From Lingula anatina (Eukaryota; Animalia; Brachiopoda): a DNA stretch of 64,000 nucleotides. The stretch spans positions 17,010,534 through 17,074,533 of the forward strand of contig CM120644.1 of NCBI GenBank assembly GCA_051362555.1, in the 5' to 3' direction. The notes beneath the pieces were generated by a model. It searched no databases, had not been told where the DNA came from, and saw only the letters and a program-made list of their open reading frames with translations. Shown piece after piece: positions 14,801 through 28,801 of the stretch; positions within the stretch are counted from its first letter, which is position 1, and the number at the start of each line of letters is the position of its first letter. Position numbers and translations under genes: made by a program.

Positions 14801-17390
14801 TGTGGGGATAACATAAATGCTAAAATGAATCAAAATGTTCAAATGTTATTTTTCTCTTTGAAATAACAATAATTAATGCCAAAAAAAAAATGAAATTTAT
14901 TTAATTCATGATCTAATCCTAAAGTGCAGAAAATGAAGAAAACTGACTTATGTTTTAATGAAAGTTTTGCAGCATCTTTCCAATAATAATGTTAATGAAA
15001 TCAAATCCCTAAATAATAAACAAATCTAAAATATATTCAGTTTCTACATCTTCCTTCTCTACCAACTTGCATACAAATATCAAAATGCTGTAATCCAAAA
15101 GGACTAAGATGAACAGCTTGAAAACAAAACCTTTCCTTATTTTTTGAAAAACAAAATCTACACTCAAGCTACATAACTCACTTTTCAATCCCTTTCAATA
15201 TGCCTTCCACCTTTTCTTTCAGCTGTGCAGTGATACAGGCCGGCTGAAGTTGGTTGAAGACGCCGCGGACATTCATTTCTGTCTGCTCAAGTTGTCTGGC
15301 TGACTCTAAAATCGTGCAAAATAGTGACAAATATTGTAAAACTAAATTTTTTCTTCAGTTGTTTCAGAAAATAGTTAAGACATATTGAGTGATGGATGGG
15401 TGATGAATGACCCAAATATAGTCACAGTCTAGATCAGATCTTATATGTTCTCAATCTAAATATATTACTTATTTCCCTTTTATAACAAAAATCTAACAAA
15501 ATTTAAAATCCAATACCTGAATCATCAAACTTTGCAATATACATCAACGCTTTACTGGATTCACTTTTCATCACCATGGCAACCAAGTCACATGACCTAT
15601 CCACAATGGCGAGGTACTCTGCTGCCTGCTTGTTATCTTGTAGGCTCTGCAAGCCGCGGTAAGCAAGCTGTAATGCCCAGTTGACTGTCTGCTGCAGAGT
15701 CTTACACAGAGCGATCGAGTCTTCTGAATAGGCATGTGAGCTGGAAAAGAAAATGAAAATTTCTAAATTTGTCAGGTGAAGTTTGTAGCAAAAAAAAAAA
15801 AAAATAATAATAATAAATAATAATAAGAATAAGAATAAATTAAAATAAACAAAAGTAAAGTCTTCTGTCTTCACTGGTGAACCCTGCAAGATTAACACAT
15901 TTAAATGCTTATCCATAGTTTCTGTCAAATGAAGTAACTGAATTTCTCTTTTCCTGTCTAATATATTATTCTGCTTCAACACATGAAACCTGGGGTAGAA
16001 TAGGAACTTCTTCACTTTATAACTAGGTCTTCTTACCTAGTTAGAGAATGAAGAATTATATGAGAATATATATCCTTTTCTCTGAAATGTGAACACAATC
16101 TCACCTTATTTTGGCCAACATCCCAGTCACTAGCTCCAGTAAACTTTTTATACAATACGGGCGTGCCAAATCCTCGTACTTCATGACACTCTTTAACACG
16201 CTGGCTGTCGTGATGATCTGAAACAGGGATTGGATGAAACGGTGTACAATCAAACTTCTGGACATCAAATTTTTTACATCATATTTAATAAAAGGACACA
16301 ATTAATAAATGTTGTGATGCCCATGAAAAGTACAAAAAACAGTTTTGGATTGCCAAAATTGCATCTTTTATGTAAATTATACTGTAATAAACAAATAGTT
16401 TAACTTCTAGTAAAAAGAACTTATATATCACCTAAAGATTTCAAACTGAAAAATATTATATGAAGTAGCAGTAGGAGTAAAAATTGTGGCTCAAATATAT
16501 ACACAATTTCAGGAAGAAGATCAAAAAAGATCCTCCTTGGTGGAACAATGACATAAATGGTATTCTGAGATTCAAACATGAGGGAAAACTTTCTGTTTGT
16601 ACTTTTTAATGAAGAAATGAATTCATAAATACCTGAGTGCTTTGCACATGTTTGAGATACGAGAGCACCAAGGTGTTGGGGCTGGTTCCCACCAAAGCTT
16701 GCTGGAGGATCAAGTCTGAAAATAAAGGGGGAAAATTTAGGTTATTTTTTGGTTAAAAACGTACTGAAATTGTAAAAAAAATTGTTTTGTCAAATTTACG
16801 TTCTGCTTTTAAATTCTCACACACACACACACAAAAAAAAAAAAAAATGGACAAATAAAATAAATTAATAAAAGAATAAATTAATATCATATGTAATGTT
16901 ATGTCATAACACCACTCATTACAATATTCTTCATTACTAGCCAAGGTGAAATTTGTACAAGCCCACTTGTTTCCTTTGCTATAAAAAAAAAAACTGCCAC
17001 ACATAAACTCACCAGCTAAATTTGATAAACCTTTCGATGCACACTAGAACTGGGGCATAATTAAGCTGAGCACCTGTGATACATTTCATTCACACATTTG
17101 GGACGAAGAAAGCCAATTAAGATATGTAGTTATTCCTTGCAGATATCATTTTAAGTGTACTGTGAGACAAAATAACAAATTTATCAATAAACACAATGAA
17201 TTTACGTCTTGGGAGTTCAACCCCCTTGATTAAACTGACCAGCTAAATTACACATCTCAGCCTCTGCGAAGCGAGTGAGCAGCCTCTTCACAGTGATACC
17301 CCACTGTATGTCTGACCACCTCTCCCTCCATGCCCTCATAAGGAGGGACTTCATGCTGCTCATGTTTTTCTCTCCAGTCTGGGTAGTCAT
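3665..17390 (-). CDS. MED24: Mediator of RNA polymerase II transcription subunit 24 (22 coding exons, ~1001 aa)
   Basis: Phase-consistent exons: 17390-17240, 16715-16633, 16217-16105, 15740-15517, 15305-15182, 14819-14660, 14189-14076, 13704-13577, 13192-13106, 12827-12725, 9510-9368, 9024-8904, 8383-8211, 7857-7758, 7350-7163, 6820-6598, 6205-5971, 5515-5454, 5265-5163, 4888-4814, 4390-4245, 3814-3665. Hallmark peptides RAWRERWSDIQW, GTEELKWAAFTYLK, LILRAEPTVASILKTLDAD, LAAAAATGKL, ALLFDITFLMVCHIAQLYGSE, ILQFMPKTMV match MED24 as I recall it. Confidence 0.95.
8790..8880. repeat. (GT)n microsatellite followed by a poly-G tract
   Basis: Directly visible in a MED24 intron. Confidence 0.95.
9815..11769. 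mobile_element. ~1.95-kb non-autonomous DNA transposon with ~300-bp TIRs in a MED24 intron
   Basis: 9815-~10115 is the reverse complement of ~11465-11769 at high identity (gcatagggacagtcgg ... ccgactgtccctatgc). The target duplication is ambiguous (AT or TA) and no transposase ORF is visible. Confidence 0.85.
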
Positions 17391-18109
17391 TGGGAGTCAC
17401 TGGGTAGTTCCTGGGTCATCCATATGAGTGTTGAACCTGTTGCTGTGGACAAAGGTACACACTTGATTATTTTTATTCACTATTTTGTTTTTCTATTATG
17501 AAATAAATAAAATCACAAACCAAAAATTATTAATTGAAAACAAAAAAGGATTCTTATAGAAGGTTATTTATTCTTTTCAGTTTCTTCACTGCCATTAAGG
17601 TGACAGGTAAGGAAAAAACAGATAACATGTATAGCTCAAAACTATAAGCGTATATTTTCATAAAAAAGGTGATCAGAATCTTGAATCTCAGTTTTCAGTC
17701 TTACATGCTAGGCGGAATGCCTTACCCTAGGTAAACTTCACACTGCCCTGTGTTACAAACTCTCAGGGCTATAAATTCCCACATCCTTAATAAACTGAGG
17801 CTTCTTTATGACAAAACTCGGCTTAACCACTTGAGACAATATTCGTTTCTTTAATTTACTCAAAACAAAATGACAAAAGTAATAAAGACTATCATTTATG
17901 AGGTTGGCAAAACGCCGGGTGGAATATTGGCTTTTTTAAAACTGTTAAAACAGTTTTCTGTGACGTTTAGGTATGCCAAGCCTGTAAAAATGTAAAATCG
18001 AGGGCGTTTCCGCAAATCAATAAAATGCAAAATTTTAAGTATGTTATTTAAAAACAGCATAAAGCTGCATAATGTTTAACAAAAGACGTACCAAGTTATG
18101 CCGCTACAT

Positions 18110-18235
18110 TACGCCGGAAGTAGAGAGTTCTCCTAATTTTGGAGGCAATGTTTATCAGCAAGTCACGTGGTCTGTAGCTGGTTGACCAATGAGATTGCAG
18201 CTACAGCTACAGCTGCAAAATTTGAACGGTTCTAT
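18110..18235. promoter_or_regulatory. Compact bidirectional promoter shared by MED24 and RACGAP1
   Basis: Lies between a minus-strand donor (~18091) and a plus-strand donor (aag|gtaaga at 18331). Contains ETS CCGGAAGT 18114-18121, E-box CACGTG 18164-18169, CCAAT 18186-18190, and CHR TTTGAA 18221-18226 overlapping MYB-like AACGGT. Confidence 0.6.
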
Positions 18236-18629
18236 CCGAAGAAAGAGGGACTGATCTTTGAAAAAAATAATAGACAAAACATTGAAGAATTAGCCATTTT
18301 AAACCGCCAACAACAGATCACTCATCAAAGGTAAGACACTAAGAATGTGCTTTTTACTTGGTGCATGATTACAGATTGATTAAAGTGTCCAAATGAGATT
18401 TTGAATGAAAAATATGAAAACCGGCTGAAAATGGTTGATAACAACAGGAAACGAGACAGAGTAAGAAAAAATTACTAGACGAGGAAATGTTAATTTGTTT
18501 TCAAATCTTGTTAAACTGATATGATAAAATTGTAGCTCAGACAGGGTAAATATATCTCATTCTGTGTTGACAGGATGTTAAATGCAGTTTAATCTATCTC
18601 CAGATTAATAATACCTTATATTTGGAATT

Positions 18630-18796
18630 ATGGAGTCGTCGAGCAGGCTGTCTCTTGTGGCGGCCTTTGATGACTTGGTCAGAAATACCACTGTACTGAC
18701 TAGTGGAATTGAAGGAGGTAAGATAACAATATTCAGTGTGTTAGAAATTGAAGTAGGTGAGCTCAACACTATCTTGATCATACTGTACACCCCCCC

Positions 18797-18885
<89 letters not shown>

Positions 18886-21800
18886 AAATAAAAAGCAAAT
18901 CTGGTTGGGTTTTATTTCTGGTTTCAATTTTCAAAGCATATTACATAGTTAACCATTAGCAAGACAAATGTGCGTTCTCTTATTTATGGCATAAACTTAA
19001 GAAAAGGTAAAAATGTAATTAAAAATAAGAGGAAGATATTCTTTTCTTTAATTGCCATTTAATTTTTTTCCAGAGTTTATAACTTTTGCGAGAAATCAAG
19101 AAGAATGTCGCAAGAAGTGGCTGGAGGCAGAACAACACTCTAAGAAGCTGCATGATAAAATCAGAAAGTTGGAGACAGAGACCAATGCCCTGGAGACAAA
19201 GCTCAAACATGCCAGGTAAATAAATGTGACTATGTATTCAACAAAGTTGATTACTAGTACATATAACAGTAAAATTTAATTGATATGTTGCAGGCCTAGT
19301 ATTTGTCTTATTTTAGGGATCAGATACACTAGATTCAGTATATCTTTATTTTGAAGTCGAAGAGTATATCCTATTTCCATGCCTTGAATATGTTCCTTTT
19401 TTTTTCAAAAAAATTTTTTAAAAAATGTGAGTCTCACATAGATGCCTAGGTGTAGGTGTAAGAATTTGAGGGTGATAGATGCCCATTCTTTTGATGATGA
19501 TGGAAATTTTGCCAATAAGTTAAAAAAAATAAAACTGCTAAATTTTTTTTTGATATTGCAGGAGCCAGATAGAACATGAAATGAAGAAAAGAACCAAAGC
19601 AGAATCTGACAGAGACAGTTTGGTAAGATTTAGCTGCAGCTTTGTTTTAGGCAATAAGAAATTGTTTTACAAAAAAGAAAAAGCCAGTTAGAAATTATTT
19701 TTTGAAAAAGAATTCAAGTTCATTTTCAAAGATAAATCCAAAATATTTTGCATTACTGTTAGCCAGTTATCCGAATTCTTCGACAGTTTCCCACTTAAGC
19801 ATAAGGTTGTCATTTTACATCTTGAGGGCATTTGGAATTACACCGAAAAGAAGTCTTTTAGCTGGAACTTTTTCGTAATATTGTAAAATGTATACAGTAA
19901 TGCAGTTGATTTTATATTTCATATTCTGATCCTTCTTAAGTCTTCAACAATTTTTTAATTGATCTAAATATACTCACTCACATTTTTTTCCTATTTTCGT
20001 AATTTTTCATATCGCTTGTTGATTCAATAGGAGCGGCAGGTTGCCTTGATCAGAGAGTTGCTGAATGACAAGAAGAGTTCCAACATGCTGAATGACCAGG
20101 ATCGCGAGAAGCTGGCATTCCTCAGCACTTGCCAGGGCTCCCACATGGAGGGTAGTCCAAGCAGAAGGTGGGTTGATGGGGGCTTGGTTGCTGTGAAATT
20201 AATGAATTGAAGTGATTACACTGGAAATGATGATTGCTGTCTAATGCTAGGTGTTATTTTCTGAAGCAAATGCAATTGTATTTAGACTCGGGGTGAAAAG
20301 TTTCAGTTTCATATGCAAAAATTGTGCTAAAGGGAGCCTTGGCCTTGATGCTAAGCCAGCTCTTGTGGCTGTAGCCAGAGTTACATGCACCTTCATTGTT
20401 GAAATAGTTACTAGAATTTCAATCATGGTTTTGATTTCATATTTGTTTGGCTTTATATTTGTGTATATATATTTCTTCTTTTAGACTTGAAACCATTAAT
20501 GAATCCTCGGGCTCCGTCCTCTCTCCCTCTGACATCAGCTATGACAAAACAGAGGAGGACCTGGATATCTCCTACCTCCGCAGCGGGAGGAAGTTCAAGC
20601 GTGCATCAGCACCACCTATTGAGGAGGAGCACCGCCAGCACACCAAGCGCAAGAAGAGTTCCCATGGAGGTCGCGCAGACACCTCCATCACTGCCACTAT
20701 TCGCGTGGATCCGAGAGGCGAGCATGCCACGTGCGAGGTGACCAGCAACCTCCCCAAGCACAAGACGGAGACGAGAGTGTTGAGGAAGTCATTCTCTGAG
20801 AACCAGTTGAGATTTGGTGAGGCCTGTTTTTGTATAATTTCTAAATGATTTACAGTCCCATCAGTATTATCTTTTGTTCACATTTGGCTTTTTTTTTATA
20901 TTAAGAACTGTATATGATAGTGTAGTGTCTTTCACATCAATGACATTTTGCCACTCCAATCTTTCATGGTTGTATATATTTGGAACATTTATTCTAGTTT
21001 AGGCACTCCTTTTTCTTGATGATTTAATTTCTTTGATGATTATCTCCCACATTGGTTCAATTAAGTGAATTTAAAAAAAGACAATTGCAGAAAAATGAAA
21101 GATTGTATTGTATAAGTAATGGTATACTGGATTTACTTACTGTATGCTTCTTTTCCTCAGATGAAGTGGACTCTGATGGGGAATCATATTATGGTAGAAA
21201 ACCAAACAGTGCTGAGAACACACCCAGAACACCAGCGGCCAGGTGAGAACAGAGCAGTACTCTTAGAGGCACTGGGGTAGCCCCAACACTGGTCCATTTA
21301 TCCCAGTGCCAAAACTGACTTGAAATGGTTAAGAAAAATTGAGTTGATTTGGCTTGTTTTAGTCAAGTTTAGCCATTTGGAGAAGAAAGAGATGAAAAAC
21401 TTTAATTAGAAGTGATTTGGCTAAGTGGGAAAAAATTGCTAGCATAACCCCAGGGTCAATTTCATGTGAAGTTACAATCTAACAAATATTATTTACTTAT
21501 TTGTGTTTTTAACACCTGATTATGCTTTTATAAACTTATTAAAACTGAACAAAACCCTGGTATTTTTGCACCAAGTCCTTAAAATTTTATTGACTGGATC
21601 ATTGATTTCAGAGGGTCTCCAGCACTGCGCACCTTCAACTCTGGCAGCAAACCTTTTGGGAACCGAGGCCACTCTTTTGCCACCAAGACATTTGTGAAGC
21701 CAGAGACCTGCACACCAGTAAGTACTTGACAAATTATTGTGCAGTTAAAAGAAAATATGAAATGAAAAAAAATGGAAAGGGGAAAAACATTTTGAAACAT

Positions 21801-24800
21801 TTAGTTGATTAGTTGTCAACTTTGTGAACAAAGGGGACTACTCGTGGAACACTTACTGGTTATTTGTTTTAAAATTTACTGATTGCTTTTGTTTTATATT
21901 TTGTTTGGATGGATAGATGTCGTGTTGCGTTGTGGAATTATGCATTATACTTGTTATATTTTCTGGTTGTTGATGTAAACTTTGCCATTCCATTGAAAAA
22001 TAACAACTTGACAGTTGGATTGGAATATTTTCAAATAAGACCAAAATAAATTTCAATTATAGAGAACTGATACATGTTTTAAATTTTGTCATTTTAGTGT
22101 GGAAAGAGAATTATGTTTGGAAAGCCTGGTCTGAAGTGCAAAGGTTTGTTATTTTACATTTATATTCTCTCTCTCTCTCTCTCTCTCTCTCATGCATTGA
22201 TGAGATTTTCACTTTTATTCTCTTTCTCTCTCAGAAAACTGAAATTCGATTATATGAGATTCTGTTATCATCTTCCTCTCTGCTGTAACGAATTACTATC
22301 CTTAATTATTTATGAATGTTTAAGTTCATAATGCTTTTTTGTCTGTGTCCAGATTGTCGGTGTGTGTGTCACCCAGACTGTAAGGAGCAGATGCCATTGC
22401 CTTGTGTTCCTGTAGGCTCTGGAACTCCTGGAAACAAGACTCGCGGGGTAAGCACTGGGTATTTTTATCATAGAAGGTTTTATTATCTAGGTAAGTCAAT
22501 GAAATTTAACATACAGTGCCTACTCTAGAGTTTTTACTGGGACGATTAAAATTGCCTGTGGGGAAACTCTTAGTTATTTTTTTTTATTTTTTTTTTTCCA
22601 ATCGAGGTTATTTGCTTGAACTTGATTCATTTTCCATGCCATGTTTTCTACTATTCCAGCAAGGTATCATCTCGGACTTCACTCCATCCGAACCTCCCAT
22701 GATCCCTGGAATATTGGTAAGTACCTGTTTCCTGATACTTTCAAGTCACATTTGCTGGGGTGGTTCTTACGCATGACAACTGACTTTAATTGGCTGAAAA
22801 AATAGGATTGATTTGACCCTTTAAACTACTTGGAAACAAAATGAATGAAAAAGAAGTGATTTGGCTAAGCAAAATAAATAAAAAAAATTGCTAGCTCTAC
22901 CCCAGAAAAAGGGGTACCCCCCCCCCCCCCCTAATGTTTATCACCTTGTCAGTCAACAAGAGAAATAGAGTTATGAATGTTTTTCTTGAAAAGGGTATCT
23001 GAAATTTCATGTTTTTACATTTCATATTGTTCTTTACGTAAGAATATTAGAGTGAGTTTTCCTCTCTTCAGATTCACTGCATCAATGAGATTGAGTCCCG
23101 TGGACTGTCTGAAGTTGGCATCTACAGAGTGCCAGGGTAAGCTATTTGGACATAGTACATTTAAGAAGAAAATGGACTAGTACAATAATTGCATTTATCA
23201 AAATTATCAGTTTTATAGTAAGTATCTTAAAATATGTTGTTTTTTTTTCTTGAAACATGAGGCCTGTAGAATTGTTGCTACTAACTAGTGTTATCCATTT
23301 TTGAAAATGTAGCAAATTAAATCAATAGAAAAATGATATGGAATAAAAGATGAGATGATAAATGGGAAATGTTATTTACCCTGTTGTTTGTTCCATTAAG
23401 GTCTGAGAAAGAAGTTAAAGATCTGAAGGAGAAGTTCTTGAGAGGAAAGGGAACTCCAAACTTGGTGAGTACAGAGGAAAAATGACACTAAAAACTTGCA
23501 CTCGGCTGGCTGTTTGATTGATTCTGTTATTGATTGTTTTTTCTTGAAAGATTTAATTACTTGTAAATGAAGGGTAGGGTTTTTCACCTTAATGGTGTGA
23601 AGCTGAATTGTTTGAATCGATTTGATTTAATTTTTAGAAGGGCTATATATGTATCCTACGCAGAGATTTCTTGTATTAGTTGAGAGAAAAAAGGACAACC
23701 TTGAATTGTAATCCATTTACATCAATTATATTATGTGTACTCCTTGTGTGTATTGCTTTCTTTGAAGCAGCTTGAAAGATGAATACCATTTATAACAGAG
23801 TTTTTACTATTAAAAAAATTAGTATATTTGAGTGGTGTGCTTATGTCCCTTGGCATTCCTATTAGAGATGCGCACCTTCTGTGCTTGCTTTTTCCATGAT
23901 TTCTTCAGAGGTCCATTATCATCTCTGTTGTGACTGTCATTACAGGGTAACATCAATGACATCCACACTGTTTGTGGCTGTGTTAAGGACTTCCTGAGGC
24001 AGCTCAAGGAGCCACTGCTGACCTTCAGACTGTGGAGTGACTTTGTGAAAGCTGCAGGTAGGGGGTCTTTTCATTTACTATATATATATTAGAAATCTTC
24101 ATTTATTAACTCTTTAGTACATTAAACATTTATTAACCCCAAATAGCAGAGGCATTGAAATATTTATTATTACTATTATTATTATTTTAATGTTCTATGA
24201 ATGTTTTAGCTTAGATAGAAAAAGTGACTGATAAAAAACACCAAATTTTTTATTTATAAAAAGTTGTTCCATATTTCAGAAATGAATGACCTGGAGGAAC
24301 AGCTGAGTGGCACATACCAAGCCATCAGCATGTTGCCACAGTCTAACAGGGACACCCTGGCCTTCCTGATCCTACATCTCCAGAGGTACGTCTACTCATA
24401 GCCAAGAAGAGGCATGTTAAGCTGTTAATCTGATTGCATTCAGCAAAAATCTGCGTGGAGTTGGATGCATCTATATAGAACAGAAATTTCATTACGAATG
24501 AGCCCTTTAAGCACTATTCAATTTAACGTCTTGATATATGTGCTCTCGTATGGCTGGGCACGTGTCTAGTTTTCTGTCTTGATTTTGATATCTCTGTCAT
24601 CGTCTTCTGTTTGTAGAGTGTCGGAGTGCCTGGAATGCAAGATGCCGGCCAGCAACTTGGCTAAGGTCTTCGGACCCACTGTAGTCGGCTATTCCACCCC
24701 TGAGCCTGAGCCCATGCAGATGATCAATGAGACCAAGAAACAGGCCAAGGTAGGCTGGATTTCTGTGTTATTAGAATTGTGGAACAAAAGTAGTGTTCTG

Positions 24801-25916
24801 AATTTAATGGGGTCTGGTATCTCCCTACTGCATTTTATTACCTAGGAACATTTAATTTTTAACAATTGGGAGGTTTGACATGTTATACATCAGCATGATC
24901 TGCATTCTCTTCACCCTGGAGGGCAAGTTTTACTTCGGAAAGGACACAGAGACTATCTGTCTAACATGATATTCTGAAACCAGAGCCTGAAATCCAGAAA
25001 TGACATTAAAGATTTTATTATTTTATTTATTTATTTATTTATTTATTTATTTGTTTATTTATTTTTTTTTTTTTTTTCAAAATTTGGATCTTTTAGATCT
25101 TTTACCTTGTTCACATTTGCCATTCATAGGTAATGGAGGTGCTGCTCCAGATCTCCTCAGACTACTGGGTCAACTTCATCCAGGCGGACGATGAACCTAT
25201 GTGCCCAGGGCTACTCAGGACCCCCCAGACCCCCGACCCAGGTAAGGGATTATATGAGGATTGCTGATTAAGGAAATATACCTTGTTTAATATATATTGA
25301 TTAGAATGTGATAGCAGTGATGTCTCTCGGAGAGTGGCAAAAATGGATGTGATAGTAGGGAACCAACTTATACTTGAAGAGTAATTCCATTCCCATAATT
25401 AAAAGACTAAACTTATGCATGGTGGGTGAAAGTTTTCAGGATTATGGTATACTAGTGTGGAGTTCCAGTGCAGGGTAATAATGCATTGTTGTACCCTTTT
25501 TTTTGTTCTAGTTCCACACAGTATGCTGGGGCCCATATCCACCACCCCTGGGGTGAGCGAATCCGTCAAGAAGAAGTCCTTCTTCACACCAAGGTGATTA
25601 AATTTGTAATCCTCACTTGTTTAAGTATACACATACACATTACATATACATAGTGGTGGTTGAATGGGAGAGTATATAGAGGTTGGCTACAGAATATGTT
25701 TTATTGCCTTTGGTCAGTTTTGGAAGTGGTTCCAAGGCAAGAACAAAAAAAAATGTTGGAATAACCCCCCTCCCTTCCCTTTCCCCTATCTTTTCTTATG
25801 TTATAACATAATACATTGAATGATATTGATGCTGTTTATATTTCAGATTCGGCAGCAAGAGTAAGACCTTGAACAAGCGCCAAGCTAATTTCTTCTCCTC
25901 GCCAATGCTGAAGTAG
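18630..25916 (+). CDS. RACGAP1: Rac GTPase-activating protein 1 (MgcRacGAP/CYK-4; coiled coil, C1, RhoGAP; 18 coding exons, ~629 aa)
   Basis: Exons 18630-18717, 19074-19215, 19562-19622, 20031-20167, 20485-20816, 21161-21242, 21612-21717, 22098-22143, 22353-22447, 22660-22716, 23072-23136, 23401-23464, 23946-24057, 24280-24385, 24617-24749, 25130-25241, 25512-25593, 25847-25916. Motifs LETKLKHAR, LSPSDISYDKTEEDLD, C1 domain (HSF...CTPCGKRI...CKDCRCVCHPDC), arginine finger GIYRVPG, NLAKVFGPTVVG, C-terminus NFFSSPMLK. Confidence 0.96.
18798..18882. repeat. Poly-A followed by (TA)n microsatellite
   Basis: Directly visible in a RACGAP1 intron. Confidence 0.95.
21273..21453. mobile_element. Degenerate ~150-180-bp MITE family (CTGGGGTAG...CTACCCCAG); other copies near 13383-13555 and 22755-22905
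   Basis: Short TIRs plus shared internal motifs (aagtgatttggctaag, aaaaaattgctagc) between intronic copies. Confidence 0.5.
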
Positions 25917-26998
25917 AAGTATGGGCTGTCAGAAGAACCATTGGAAGCATAATGGGAATGAACGTTATCAGAAAAAATGGATGGTGTATCTGGCAGTAGG
26001 CAAATGGTTTTTGTTAGAGATCCTGTATTTCACAGTGTACAAACTCTAAACTTTATTGGGAATCATTTCAAAGGATATTACTACCATAGACTTTGTGTCA
26101 ACTGCTGAAGTAAACAAGATTTTTATTTTATTTTATTTCAGTTATTTATTTATTAGTTTTGTTAGTTTTTGATTTAATAATAGAAAAAGGGGTGAGTGTC
26201 TCTTTTAAGAACGCTCTGAAAAAAGGGCACTTCATTTGATAAGGCTTTTTGGGGGATTTTGAGAGAGGAGTTGTCACTTTGTAAATATGTATAATTAATG
26301 TAAAAATGTGTAGACATGTATTTGGAACTGACCTAGTTTTGAAACATTTGTAAGACTTATCAATCAACAAACCGAATCATGTCATTTGAACCCTCAAAAG
26401 TTTGAGATGACTGGCTCGGTTAATGGCACAAACTAAATTGTCATTTTACAAATCTACATGGTGTAAATTTAGGCACAATTTACCCATTTTGGCAAGAAAT
26501 TCTCATATTATTACCGTCTTAGTTTATCAACCTTTCCCCCCTGCAATTTGCCCCATTGTTATGGAGCAATAGATAAATTTATACTCTTATACTGTCAGCC
26601 TTGAAAGTAGTACAAAGTACAATCAACCTTGACCTTTGACACAGTCAACCTTGACCTCTTGCTATAGGGAACCTTGACCCAAATATGTATTTATAGAAGT
26701 ATATGTAAAAAGAAAACATGGAGTATGTATATTGTATGCTCCACTCAACATTTCTCTTTATTTACATTTATATCTCCTAGAAAATGTGTATATTTGTTGT
26801 TATATTCACTTATTTAATCAGTAGGTATGGTATTACTTGGACCCTCTCAGCAGCAGTGAGATGCATTTGTGCAATAAACTGATATGTGGATGTTAAATAG
26901 GTGCTATAGAGATTTTCAAAGGTTAGACTGAAGTGAGTCAGGGGTTTGGAATATGTGGTTAGTCACTATTTATTCTAAATACCCAAACAGTGCAACTA

Positions 26999-27033
<35 letters not shown>

Positions 27034-28544
27034 TTGAATGATGTCAATTTTAAGTGTGCACATGAATGTTAGTTTGAGTGCTAATTGGGCAATTTTTACT
27101 GACATCGGATCAAAATTGCTCTGTACCTGGGATATGTGTATGTGTGTGTGTAGGCTTGCCTTATAGAAATTGTATTTTTCAGATGGAAAAGTCAAAATTC
27201 AATGACTCTGCACTGAAAAAGTCAACTGTGGAAAATCTCTCTGCTTCTGGTTGGGGGTGCAAGTATTACATTTGTAAACTTCACTTTTAGTTTTCATGAT
27301 AAAGAATAGTGTTTAGGTAAATTTTATATCCTCAGAAAATGCCACATTATTTTGAGTTTCTCATTTAATTTCATCATTAATTTGCTTGTAAATTTTTTAA
27401 GTCAAACGGGCATTGAAATGAATAACAACTAGGAGTGCTTTACCAATATTTTAGTTGATTTCTTTTTTACTTTTGGCATTTCTGGGTTTTAAATGAAATA
27501 AAACTCAACCAAAGTATAATTGCAGTGTTTGTGTGCATTTCTTTTGTTGTCTTAATCAGTGCTTTTAATCTGATCTTCAAAAAAAAAAATTCCACATGAA
27601 ATTAGTCGAGATATATAATGGGGAGTAATAAAACAAAATGCTATAAGTAATAATTAATACTTATTCAAGTTTGATTTGATAAATAAACTAATGGACTATT
27701 TGACTAATGCTTGATCTTGTTATGATATTAAACATTCTTTACTAGATAAAAGTAAGAATCAGGATCATTAATTTCATTTCTAAAAATAAAAGAAAAATGG
27801 CAAATATAGTAGCTGTCTCACCCAACACCGCAGAAAATAAATCGGAAGAGACCAACCCTATTATCACATAATTTTAAAAGTCACAAAAATACTCCAAAAC
27901 TCCAAATTGCCAAAAAGTTTAAATGTGACACCCTTTCAAAATATCATGTATCTGTTGCTTGGAAGGAAAAAACATTTTTCTATGTATTGCAAAAAAAAAA
28001 AAAAAAGAAATTCTCACAAGCCGTTTACACTCAAATGATACAATGGAGAGTGTGAAAAAAATCCCCTAGAGACAATGATTATTGAAAAAAAGCATTTTAG
28101 CAATTGTGACGTGTAATTATCAAATCTAGGCAAAACGGAAGGACAAATCATGGTATCACTTACACCACCTTGCATTTACATTTTGAAGTCCAAAATTTGT
28201 AACAAATGGTTTGTAACCTTCTGAACATAAATAATTTTCTCATACAAGAACATAAACCTCATTACTGCACCCGCTGCTCTAAGTGGAAAATTTGGACCAC
28301 ATGACTGTTCCCTTCATCTTTATGCAAAAGTAACATCTGTTCAACATCTGTTCAACAAATTAAGGTGACAAATGCAAGTAATAATTTTATGATTAAAATC
28401 TTAAATATATACCTTATTATGTCCAAGAATGTACAATTTATTAAGCCCAACTCACTGAGAAACACTAACAACCAACACACTAAGACAATCCCATAATGTT
28501 TCTCGAGTTTGCGTCTTGTGTATATACTCATTAATGGCGCTGAA

Positions 28545-28770
28545 TTAATCACGACGGAGCGAGATCCACTCATTGGCCACTTGAAGTTTAGATGTCAGCT
28601 GTCGCACCTGATCTCGCAAAACCTCGTTCTCGTCTCGAAGTTGACCAACCGTGGGTGTGTCTTTTGGTTCTGTTTTAAAGAAAGATATATATTAACTGAA
28701 AATAACAAGTATATCCAAAATAATTCTGGGTGCAGTTTTTAGTGAAAAACGTGTTCATAGTGTACTGATT

Positions 28771-28801
<31 letters not shown>

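Noticed and set aside
26625-26680. Three aaccttgacc motifs resembling nuclear-receptor half-sites downstream of the RACGAP1 stop
   Set aside because: Short and commonly derived from repeat fragments; no independent support.
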